The notes: generated by a model from the letters alone, not told the origin. A DNA stretch of 64,000 nucleotides from an uncultured Candidatus Saccharibacteria bacterium (GCA_964447515.1 CAYUSS010000001.1:4092-68091), one strand, 5' to 3'. Shown: positions 48,279 through 58,044, counted from the stretch's first letter. Numbers and translations are program-made.

Positions 48279-48345
48279 TATAATAATATCTCTCTTTATC
48301 TTAATCCTAAATTATAAAAAATAAAACCCAAAAAAAATTATTAGA

Positions 48346-48374
48346 CTTGACAGTTTTTTTTAAATGACTAATAT
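48346..48374 (+). promoter_or_regulatory. sigma70-type promoter (TTGACA-17-TAATAT) driving the 48381-48809 RNA
   Basis: ttgaca gttttttttaaatgac taatat. Confidence 0.55.
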
Positions 48375-48380
48375 AACATA

Positions 48381-48809
48381 GAGTGCGAGGGAAGGTCCAA
48401 AATGCATTGCCCGGTATAGCTGAAAATAGTGATTACGAACACTGAGGAAAACCCGCTTTCAGCAAGCTGGGCAATGCAGCAATTATTTTTTAGAAATCTG
48501 GTCTGTCCGAGAACAGCACAGTAGAGGTAAAAGGCTCCGCACTATAATAGGGCAAATAACCTGCTACACAGCGCTCGGCAGCACCGGAGCCCCGCTTGAG
48601 CGGGGCGCAATAGTTCTTTCAGATTTGGGATGGTGAAAAGGCAACGATAGAGGCTTCCCGCTTAGCACCCCCCCCAAGCCCCTATGTCGTTTTTTCTCAT
48701 AGCCGTCCTATTATATAGGGTTGTGAAAAAAGTTGTGTCTCAGTTCCCATCAAGACACGGCTACTCCTTTCTCAACCCCGGCCGGGCTAACACTAGTCCG
48801 GCTTTTTTT
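48381..48809 (+). ncRNA. rnpB: large structured ncRNA, best candidate for RNase P RNA (type A-like)
   Basis: GC-rich and non-coding, with a promoter upstream and the terminator gccgggctaacactagtccggc+TTTTTTT. Motifs occur in RNase P order: gaggtaaaaggctccgc...atagggcaaataacctg (compare GAGGAAAGUCCGGGCUCCAUAGGGCA..GGUAAC), a GC hairpin gccccgcttgagcggggc, ggtgaaaaggcaacgatagaggc (compare GGUGAAANGGUGCGGUAAGAGCGC), and acacggctac near the 3' end (compare ACAGAAcCCGGCUUA). The 5' gagggaagg can pair with the 3' cctttctc (P1-like). This is a hand comparison only. Confidence 0.45.
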
Positions 48810-48824
48810 ATTCACCCCGTTTAG

Positions 48825-48846
48825 AAATTCACGATTTCTAACGGGG
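48825..48846. repeat. CCCCGT(T)AGAAAT...ATTTCTAACGGGG hairpin; supplies the polX stop codon
   Basis: ccccgtttagaaattcacgatttctaacgggg. The polX C-terminal ...KPR plus TAG stop is read from it. Confidence 0.55.
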
Positions 48847-50568
48847 TTTAAAATATTTTAATAATTTTTCCAAAGGTCGGGTGTTAATTATGTCTTTTTT
48901 CTCCGCCCAGCCGCGGCGAGCCTGGTATACTCCGAATTCCATATATCTCATCTGGCTTTTGTGATGACTATCAGTATTAATGACCAATCTCACTCCCATT
49001 TCAATGGCTTTTTTTATATTGATGTCGTTTAAATCTAATCTTCCAGGAAAAGAATTTATTTCTAAAATTGTATTGGTTTCTTGGGCGGCTCTTAAAATTT
49101 TTTCTATATCTATTTGGTATTCATCTCTCTTTTTTAAAATTCTTCCGGTTGGATGGGAAATAATTTTAATATAGGGGTTTTTCATTGCTTGAATTATCCT
49201 CTCGGTCATCTTTTCTTTTGACATTTTAAAGTTGGAGTGAATCCCGGCAATGGCATAGTCCAATTTTTTTAATGCCTCATCTTTAATATCAATGGAACCG
49301 TCATTTAAGATATTGGTTTCTGCTCCTTGAAGAATTCTAAACTTTATATTTTGTATCTTGTATTTCCTGTTTAATTTATCTATTTCTTCCCGCTGCTGAG
49401 CTAATTGTTCCTCATTTAATCCCTGTTCAATTCGTAAAAATTTTGTATGGTCAGTAATCCCTAAATATTCATATCTTCGCACCATAGCCATATCTTCCAT
49501 CTCTTTAATTGAATTTTGCCCTCCATCCCATTTTGAATGACAATGTAAATCCCCCCTTATATCTTTTAATTCTACTAATTTTGGCAATTTTCTTTTTAGA
49601 GCGGCTTCAATTTCCCCTTGATTTTCTCTTATTTCCGGAGGAATCCATTGGAGGCCAAGAACTTTATAAACACCTTCTTCGGTTTTGCCGGCAATCATTT
49701 TCTTGCCCCGAAAAACCCCGTATTCATTAAGTTTTAAACCTTTCTCTAGGGCAATTTTTCTGGTAGCAATATTATGCTCTTTTGAACCAATAAAATACTG
49801 CAGAGCAGAACCATAACTTTTTTCAGGAACCACCCTGAGATCCATATCAAAACCATCTCTCATTCGGACCGAGGACTTTGTTGCGCCTCTACCCCAAATT
49901 CTAATAACTCCTGGCAAAGAAACAAAAAAATCCATTATTTTTTTTGGATTTTTTGAAATTACCAAGAAATCAACATCACCGATTGTTTCTTTCCTTCTTC
50001 TAACCGAACCGGCTACTGAAATTTTCTGAACCTCCTTTAAATTTTTAAGTTTTTCTTCAATTTCTTTAACAATGGGTAAAATATTCCCTAAAAGAAATCT
50101 TCCCTTACTTTTCTTTAAGAAAGCGATTCCCTCTAAAATATTTTTCTCTGTTTTTATTCCAAAACCTTCTAAATTTCTAATTTTCCTGGCTTTAGCGACT
50201 TTTTCTAAATCTTTTAGGTCCTTCACTCCAAGTTCTTGAAAAAGAACTTTTGCTCTTTTAGGCCCCATTCCTTCAACCTTTGTTATCTCTTCTAAATTTA
50301 GAGGCAGTTTCTTTTTAAATTTTTCGTAATATTTAATCTTTCCTGTTTTTAGATATTCTTCAATTTTTTGGGCAATGCTTTCCCCAACACCGGGAATTTC
50401 TTCAAGCGCCTTAATCCCTCCTCTTTCATAAATCTCCTTAACATCCCTCTCTAAGGATTCTAAATTAAGAGCGGCTTTTTGGTAAGCATAGGGCTTAAAT
50501 TGAACTTCTTCTATTTCTAAGAAGTAAGCTATCTCGAAAAAAATCTTAGCCAATTCCTGGTTATTCAT
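48838..50568 (-). CDS. polX: DNA polymerase X family protein with C-terminal PHP domain
   Basis: HhH motifs, Pol-beta-like GSVRRRKETIGDVDFLV, and the PHP domain HCHSKWDGG...DHT. Confidence 0.85.
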   Translation of the reverse strand: MNNQELAKIFFEIAYFLEIEEVQFKPYAYQKAALNLESLERDVKEIYERGGIKALEEIPGVGESIAQKIEEYLKTGKIKYYEKFKKKLPLNLEEITKVEGMGPKRAKVLFQELGVKDLKDLEKVAKARKIRNLEGFGIKTEKNILEGIAFLKKSKGRFLLGNILPIVKEIEEKLKNLKEVQKISVAGSVRRRKETIGDVDFLVISKNPKKIMDFFVSLPGVIRIWGRGATKSSVRMRDGFDMDLRVVPEKSYGSALQYFIGSKEHNIATRKIALEKGLKLNEYGVFRGKKMIAGKTEEGVYKVLGLQWIPPEIRENQGEIEAALKRKLPKLVELKDIRGDLHCHSKWDGGQNSIKEMEDMAMVRRYEYLGITDHTKFLRIEQGLNEEQLAQQREEIDKLNRKYKIQNIKFRILQGAETNILNDGSIDIKDEALKKLDYAIAGIHSNFKMSKEKMTERIIQAMKNPYIKIISHPTGRILKKRDEYQIDIEKILRAAQETNTILEINSFPGRLDLNDINIKKAIEMGVRLVINTDSHHKSQMRYMEFGVYQARRGWAEKKDIINTRPLEKLLKYFKPR

Positions 50569-50579
50569 AATCTTAGCCC

Positions 50580-51215
50580 TTAGGATTTTCTAAAAGGAAA
50601 AAAGCGCGGGAAAATATGGTCCCTGGGGAGAATATGCTTATGAACAAATAAAAGGAGAAAAGATGAAATTATAGTAAAAACTCCGACTAAAATAAGAACT
50701 ATTTTAAAACCAAAAGTGGCAGCTATAATTCCTCCAAGACCGGCAGTAATTCCCGCCCCAAGGCCCATGCAGGTACTGTCCATGCCCCATTCAAAAGCCA
50801 ATCTATTTTTATCAATATGCCTGGTAAAAATAGCATTCCAAGAAGGAACAAACAAAGCCATACCTAAAGCATGTAATACTTGAAAAACATAAATATGCCA
50901 GGGTAAAAAAGAAATCAAAAATCCAAAAGGAGTTAAGCCAGTTATAAATAATCCCAAAACCATAAACCAATAATCATCTTTTTCTCCGTGAATATTGTCT
51001 AAATACCGACTAATCGGAACCTGAGAAAATGACTTTACAATCCAATAAATAAGAGCTGTAAAGCCAGCCACTTCAGCTCCTTTTACAACATCTCCGGCAA
51101 CAATATTTTTTAAAATAAAAATGGCGAAAATAGGACTAATAAAACCCCAGGCAGAACTTAAAAAGAGATCACTGGCTATTAGAAATTTTATAACTATGTT
51201 AATTGATTTAGACAT
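50580..51215 (-). CDS. hypothetical 6-TM membrane protein (MFS-half-like)
   Basis: Hydrophobicity pattern only. Confidence 0.45.
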   Translation of the reverse strand: MSKSINIVIKFLIASDLFLSSAWGFISPIFAIFILKNIVAGDVVKGAEVAGFTALIYWIVKSFSQVPISRYLDNIHGEKDDYWFMVLGLFITGLTPFGFLISFLPWHIYVFQVLHALGMALFVPSWNAIFTRHIDKNRLAFEWGMDSTCMGLGAGITAGLGGIIAATFGFKIVLILVGVFTIISSFLLLFVHKHILPRDHIFPRFFPFRKS

Positions 51216-51308
51216 AAATAGCTATTAATCATTATACTCTTTCATTTTACCAAAAATTTTAGCAAAATTCTAATATTAAAACGAGGTCTGGTCTCATAAA
51301 GACGGGCC

Positions 51309-52316
51309 TCATAAAGAAAACTTATTAGCTATATTCTTTACACTTCCTGTTAAAAATTTTATTCCTAATTTTATCAATATTATCAGCCCAAATAAAGCAA
51401 CTAAAACTTCTGCTCCTCTTAGAATAAAACTAAAAGTAATTCCTGTAGCCGATCCTAACCCTAAAGAACCAAAAGCAAGAGCCTGAGCTATTTCTGAGCT
51501 CCCTGCTTTAGCTGGAAAGGGAAATATATAAGACAGATGAACAAAAAATAATATTGTCAGAGCAATCAAAATATTCATCTCCCCGACTAAAAAGAAAAGC
51601 AAAAACCAACAGCGGACAAAAGCTGAAAAAATTTTCAAAAAAGTAAGCCCCAAACCTTTCCACATTAAACTTTTTTTAAAATCAAAAAAATGAAAAACTT
51701 CTTTCTCAAAATCTTGAGTTATATATTTATTTTCTTTACCATTGACTCCAAAAAATTTCGGAAACCATTTTAAAATACTCTCTTTTTTAAAACTTTTAAA
51801 GTAAAAAACAGCTAAAAGCAGGGTTAAAATCCCTATAAAAACCCCGACAGCTATTCCCAAATTTCCCAGAGGACGATTAGTTAAAAAAAGAAAAGAAATT
51901 GCTCCAGAAATTAAAAACAATAAAAGAATACTTATATAAAGCAATTTCTCAATAGTATTTACAGTAAGATTTTTTTCCCAGTTTAGAGAAAATTTTTTCT
52001 TAATAGCGTAAATTTTAAATGCCTCTCCCCCAAGAAAACTTGTAGGGAATAAATAACTAATAGCGAAACTGGCAAACAAAATCTCCCCTAAACTAAAAAC
52101 AGAGAGATTATATCCCTGAGATTTGAAAATAAACTTCCATCTCCAAATTTCAACTAACCAAATTAGCAAAGTTATCCCTATAATCACCAGCCCTTTGTAG
52201 CCAGAAAAAGTAAAAAGAATTTCTTTTATCTCTTTCCATCCTACCCATTTAATAACCCAGAAAAAAAGCCCCACTCCAATTAAAAAAGAAACTACAAAAA
52301 TCAAAATCTTTTTCAT
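51309..52316 (-). CDS. polytopic membrane protein (UPF0104/flippase-like family)
   Basis: Track ORF 51309..52340. The first 8 codons (MSGIKHYC) are read from the repeat element, and MKKILIF at 52316 is taken as the start. Confidence 0.5.
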   Translation of the reverse strand: MKKILIFVVSFLIGVGLFFWVIKWVGWKEIKEILFTFSGYKGLVIIGITLLIWLVEIWRWKFIFKSQGYNLSVFSLGEILFASFAISYLFPTSFLGGEAFKIYAIKKKFSLNWEKNLTVNTIEKLLYISILLLFLISGAISFLFLTNRPLGNLGIAVGVFIGILTLLLAVFYFKSFKKESILKWFPKFFGVNGKENKYITQDFEKEVFHFFDFKKSLMWKGLGLTFLKIFSAFVRCWFLLFFLVGEMNILIALTILFFVHLSYIFPFPAKAGSSEIAQALAFGSLGLGSATGITFSFILRGAEVLVALFGLIILIKLGIKFLTGSVKNIANKFSL

Positions 52317-52324
52317 ACAATAAT

Positions 52325-52408
52325 GCTTAATACCCGACATTGAATACCGAATCTGGCAGGAATCAGACCCCTATTATTTTTCAATATGTTTAATGTCGGG
52401 TATTAAAC
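52325..52408. repeat. about 85-bp element with terminal GTCGGGT-loop hairpins in inverted orientation (MITE-like)
   Basis: Left end gcttaatACCCGACattgaat, right end gtttaatGTCGGGTattaaac. Confidence 0.6.
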
Positions 52409-52541
52409 ATATATTTTCATATCATATATAAACATTATATTCTATTTTTAGACAAAAACAAAACCAGCACCGAACTTCGCTTTAGTGCTGGTTTTCTCAA
52501 ATCTTAATAACTAAACCATTCCTGAAAAAAATCAAGAAACC

Positions 52542-53291
52542 CTATCTACTTTTACAAAATTTCAAAAGTTCTTTGGCGTTTTCAACGGCATAGCCCATTG
52601 CGTCATTATTGAAATAGACATAAATATCTAAGTTTTGTTTTAAATATTTTTTGATTTTTTTTGCCCATTTTTTTAATTCTTTTTTTGAATAATTAGAAGT
52701 ATAAAGAACTTTCCCACCGTGCATTCTAATGTAAACAAAATCTCCAGTAATTATCTCTTCAAAGGGCCATTGAGGCGAATCGGCTAAACAAAGAGAGATA
52801 TTTTTTTGTTTTTTTAAAATCTGATAAACATCTTTTGAAAACCAGGTTGGATGGCGGAATTCCAGAACAAATCGGTATTTTTTATCGGTGTCTTTTATCA
52901 TTTCCACAAATTCTTTTAATCTCTCTAAATCTTTTTTCCAATTAGGCGGTAATTGGAACAAAAATGGACCGAGTTTATCTTTTAGATGCAAAGCTCTTTT
53001 TAGAAATGTTTTCCAGGCGGTTTTGCATTGATGGAGATATTTAATATGAGTAATGTGCCTTGAAACCTTTATTGCAAAAACAAAATCCTCACTTGTTCTT
53101 TTTCTCCAATTAGAAAAACTCTTTGAAGAGGGCAATCTATAAAAAGGATAATTCATTTCTACCGTATGAAAATACTTAGCATAATATTCCAGCTGTTTTG
53201 TTTTTGCTAAACCCTTGGGATAAAAAACATTATCCTCCCAATGAGGATAGCTATAACCGCTTGTTCCAATAAACAGTTTTCCTTTTGGCAT
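52542..53291 (-). CDS. DUF72 family protein (YecE-like)
   Basis: MPKGKLFIGTSGYSYPHWEDNVFYP... is the characteristic DUF72 N-terminus. Confidence 0.7.
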   Translation of the reverse strand: MPKGKLFIGTSGYSYPHWEDNVFYPKGLAKTKQLEYYAKYFHTVEMNYPFYRLPSSKSFSNWRKRTSEDFVFAIKVSRHITHIKYLHQCKTAWKTFLKRALHLKDKLGPFLFQLPPNWKKDLERLKEFVEMIKDTDKKYRFVLEFRHPTWFSKDVYQILKKQKNISLCLADSPQWPFEEIITGDFVYIRMHGGKVLYTSNYSKKELKKWAKKIKKYLKQNLDIYVYFNNDAMGYAVENAKELLKFCKSR

Positions 53292-53308
53292 AATTCAACA
53301 ATTCTATA

Positions 53309-53347
53309 ATACGAGACCCGACCTCGTAACGAGGTCGGGTCTCGTAT
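53309..53347. terminator. 39-bp perfect palindrome atacgagacccgacctcgt aa cgaggtcgggtctcgtat (GTCGGGT-loop hairpin on both strands), bidirectional terminator candidate
   Basis: 19-bp perfect arms, followed by ttacgttttt. Confidence 0.6.
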
Positions 53348-53374
53348 TTACGTTTTTATAAGAACCTGCCTCGC

Positions 53375-53440
53375 TAACGCTCGGCAGAACCTTGATTCGC
53401 TAAGGAACAATCATATAGTCTTGAATTAAAATAGAGAAGA
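53375..53440. repeat. partial copy of the mosaic intergenic repeat
   Basis: cctcgctaacgctcggcagaaccttgattcgctaagg...atcatatagtcttgaattaaa is shared with 27785-27935 and 38520-38590. Confidence 0.55.
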
Positions 53441-53463
53441 CAAAAATTCTCTCAGAAAGGAGC

Positions 53464-53940
53464 TCAATCCTTGTATTTTATTTTTTTAATTTTATAAATT
53501 ACTTTTATCGGAGAAGAAATAACAATCTCGTCTCCAACCTGATGACCTAAAAGAGCTTTTCCTACCGGCGATTCATTGCTAACTTTCCCCAGGGAAGGAT
53601 TTGCCTCCAGGGTTCCTACAACCTTAAATTCGTCTTTATCTCCGTCTACCTCTACTAACACTTTAGATCCTAAACAAATAATATTTCTTTTCTCTCTTGA
53701 GGGAGATTTTATTAATTCTGCATTTTTTAAAATATTCTCCAATTCAATAATTCTTGTCTCAAGAAAACTTAAATCTTCTTGAAAGAAAAGGTATTCAGGA
53801 TTTAAATCCTCAGAATGTAAAATCTCCGGAGCCTCTTCCCCTCTTCTTTTAGCTAACCTAATTCCTTCCAAGATTTTATATTCTTTTTTTATATTTTCCA
53901 AGCCTTTGGCTGTCAAATAATACTTTTTTTGCTCTCCCAT
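53464..53940 (-). CDS. greA: transcription elongation factor GreA
   Basis: N-terminal coiled-coil and the C-terminal FKBP-like ...VSNESPVGKALLGHQVGDEIVI. Confidence 0.85.
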   Translation of the reverse strand: MGEQKKYYLTAKGLENIKKEYKILEGIRLAKRRGEEAPEILHSEDLNPEYLFFQEDLSFLETRIIELENILKNAELIKSPSREKRNIICLGSKVLVEVDGDKDEFKVVGTLEANPSLGKVSNESPVGKALLGHQVGDEIVISSPIKVIYKIKKIKYKD

Positions 53941-54065
53941 ATCTTTTGCTTAGTAAAACTTACTGATTTGGATCTTTTAGTTTGTTTTTTAAGTTTTTAA
54001 CAAACTTCGGGATGCTTTTCTATTTTATTCTGCCAAAATAGTTTGTCAAGTCCTTTTATTAACAT

Positions 54066-54336
54066 TGCCCGACAGGATTCGAACTAACATCAATTTAGCG
54101 GAGCGAATTTTATTCAAATTCAAGGCGCGAGGAGTGAAGTGTGTTATTTACACACGAGCGACGAGCAACAAAGAAGCTGGATAAAATTCACCCGCCCGCA
54201 GGGAAGCGAAATAATAGGCCAATTTCTTCGTTACTCCTCCTCGAAGTGTTTTCTAACACTCCTTCGTCGTCGTGCCTTGAACTTGACCTATTCTTTCGCT
54301 TCTAAACTTGATGGTAGTTCGAATCCTGCCGGGCTT
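54066..54336. mobile_element. about 270-bp palindromic element with about 40-bp tRNA-like terminal inverted repeats (copy A); no ORF
   Basis: The ends gcccgacaggattcgaactaacatcaatttagcggagcga and tcgcttctaaacttgatggtagttcgaatcctgccgggc are reverse complements. Both contain the GGUUCGAAUCC T-arm-like motif. The two internal halves are also related, giving a long hairpin. It is about 95% identical to the reverse complement of 58342-58610. Confidence 0.7.
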
Positions 54337-55279
54337 ACAAAAAGTACTCGCACTCATTGCATCTTTTTTCACAAAGACGCTTTTTGGACTCTTCAGAAAA
54401 GTTAAGCGCTAAATGTCCTTTTGGTAATATCGGTAATTCCCCCAAATCAACTTCAACATATCTTATTCCTGATTCTGACCTTATCTGTTTTGTTATGAAA
54501 TCATCTATTCTTTCTAAACTAGGGGAAACAATATCAATAATTAAATTATGATGCCCAGAATAAACCTTAACTAGATTATAAACCAGGGGACAGTTCTCAA
54601 ACCTTCTTATCAATTTAGAAACAACATCAGGAGAAGTCTCAATTCCAATAGTAGCTGTCACCGAATAAAATTTTTTAATATTTAATAATCCTTGAATTTT
54701 TAATATATCCTTTTCAATTAATTTTTCAACTCTATTCTTAGCCCCGACCGGAGTTAATCCAGTCTCCTTTGCAATTTTAACAAAACTTTTTCTTCCATTT
54801 TGGGACAAGATCTTAATTATTTTAAGGTCAATTTTGTCCAAATTCTTTAAATTCCAAAAGCGAGGAGCGGGATAATCTTCAACGGAAAAATCAGCTACTT
54901 TTATTCTGTCGCATAAAACAGCAAACTTTATATCTTTGAGCTTTAACTTTTTTCTCTTTCTTCTCATCAAATCCATTATTGTCCGGTAGGCCTTGCCAGT
55001 AACAATATCATTATCAACCAATAAAACTTTTCTCCCCTTTATTTTATCTTCCTCTAATCCCTTTCCATAATCATCCATAGTAATAAAAGTTATGTTTTTA
55101 TTTTTTTGAGATAACCAATGGTAAAGCCCTTCAGCATAAAAAACACCATCATCTTCTAATCCGATTATACACCCTTTATCTTTACCAAAATATTTCTTTA
55201 CTTCTTTTCCAATTCCATTAATAAACTTTCTAACTGGTTTAAGATCCAAAAGAGTATTTTTCGGCATATTTTTTAACAT
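54335..55279 (-). CDS. phosphoribosyltransferase domain fused to AsnC/Lrp-type HTH regulator domain
   Basis: PRTase motif KVLLVDNDIVTGKAY, AsnC HTH LDKIDLKIIKILSQNGRKSFVKIAKETGLTPVGAKNRVEKLIEKDIL, and a C-terminal CxxC. The last codons overlap element A. Confidence 0.55.
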   Translation of the reverse strand: MLKNMPKNTLLDLKPVRKFINGIGKEVKKYFGKDKGCIIGLEDDGVFYAEGLYHWLSQKNKNITFITMDDYGKGLEEDKIKGRKVLLVDNDIVTGKAYRTIMDLMRRKRKKLKLKDIKFAVLCDRIKVADFSVEDYPAPRFWNLKNLDKIDLKIIKILSQNGRKSFVKIAKETGLTPVGAKNRVEKLIEKDILKIQGLLNIKKFYSVTATIGIETSPDVVSKLIRRFENCPLVYNLVKVYSGHHNLIIDIVSPSLERIDDFITKQIRSESGIRYVEVDLGELPILPKGHLALNFSEESKKRLCEKRCNECEYFL

Positions 55280-56126
55280 AATGTTTTATTAAATCATCAC
55301 GAAGTTCAGGAGTAGAAGTAGCAATTAATAAATCCATCTTATCATGTTGTCTTCCGGGAATAAATTGGTAATCATTATAGCTCCCGTCAGAACCAACGCT
55401 AACAATCTGACAGTTAGCTTTTTTAGCAATTGGAAAACCAGGATCAATCTCTGAACGCGGCTCATTAAACATCACATAGGCATCAACTAATCCTGAAGCC
55501 AGGAAGGCATAAATATAAGAGCCGCCTTGAGGATAAAAAAGGGCTTTAGGATGCATATTTCTGATTAAGTCTTCAAAAATATCAAGAAACTTTGGAGAAT
55601 ACTGAGAACTCATTATGTAACTAGATAAAACAATGGGTTCGGTCAATTTTTTCTTGAAAGAAGGTTTAATTTTCTTTTTCTCCCCGGTCTTCATTGAAAC
55701 TAAATAATTCCCATCTTCTTCGGTGATATAATATTTTTCATTAACAATATCAGCTATGCCGCAGTATAAAGGGCTTTTCTCTTTGTCAAAAAAACTCAGG
55801 ACAGTATACCAATTGTGTTCAAACCCTCTAAGATAAAGCATTGAACCGTCAAAAGGGTCAATAGAGCCGAAAATTTCCCCTCCGTTTTTAATATCTCTGC
55901 CTTCTGGTTCAGAAAAAATGGTTGCTTTTATTTGATGTTCTTTTAAAAGTTTTTCTAAAATATCTTCTCCTACTCTATCAATTCCAATTTCCAGGTCTTC
56001 CGGCCTATTTATTGTCTCGCCTAAAACCTGTCTTCCCCCTCCACCGGCGGCTATTCTCTTTACCTCTTTAACTGTCTCAATCAGGTATTCAACTAACAAG
56101 TTTTTTATTTGCTGTTTTTTTCCCAT
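55239..56126 (-). CDS. inositol monophosphatase / FBPase-family (FIG) protein
   Basis: Metal-binding motif SIDPFDGS. Confidence 0.5.
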   Translation of the reverse strand: MGKKQQIKNLLVEYLIETVKEVKRIAAGGGGRQVLGETINRPEDLEIGIDRVGEDILEKLLKEHQIKATIFSEPEGRDIKNGGEIFGSIDPFDGSMLYLRGFEHNWYTVLSFFDKEKSPLYCGIADIVNEKYYITEEDGNYLVSMKTGEKKKIKPSFKKKLTEPIVLSSYIMSSQYSPKFLDIFEDLIRNMHPKALFYPQGGSYIYAFLASGLVDAYVMFNEPRSEIDPGFPIAKKANCQIVSVGSDGSYNDYQFIPGRQHDKMDLLIATSTPELRDDLIKHYVKKYAEKYSFGS

Positions 56127-56166
56127 TACTTAAGTGTAGCATTTTCCTTTCTTTTTTAAAATAATC

Positions 56167-56240
56167 AACACCCGACGTTTCCCTTGGCGTCTCTGACGCC
56201 AATTCCTCAACGTCGGGTGTTTCAATAACGTCGGGTGTTG
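56167..56240. repeat. AACACCCGACG...CGTCGGGTGTT element (second copy) plus extra CGTCGGGTGTTG half-site, downstream of groEL
   Basis: Internal hairpin TTGGCGTC tct GACGCCAA, which is the compensatory variant of the 11191-11245 copy. Confidence 0.65.
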
Positions 56241-56273
56241 ATAAACTTAGTTGGTGTTAAGTCGGGTTTAGGT

Positions 56274-57914
<1,641 letters not shown>

Positions 57915-58044
57915 TCAGCGGACAACGAACAGCGAGCAATAATATTGACGTCTGTTGGTATCAAATACCAACAGACCATAAATAAGAAATTTTATTGTTC
58001 ATTGTTGTGTCCTTTGTTTATTGTCCATTTAGCCATTATTGAGT

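Noticed and set aside
54066-54110. tRNA-like sequence (GGTTCGAATCC T-arm plus acceptor strand) at the ends of the 270-bp elements as real tRNA genes
   Set aside because: Only the T-arm/3' acceptor half is present. There is no D- or anticodon arm, and the two ends are inverted repeats of each other, so they are element termini rather than tRNA genes.
54139-54405. 88-aa ORF (and its homologue 58298..58537 on the other strand) reported by the ORF track
   Set aside because: Both lie entirely within the two copies of the 270-bp palindromic element and are the same sequence read in opposite orientation. There is no RBS, and the sequence behaves as a structured repeat, not a gene.
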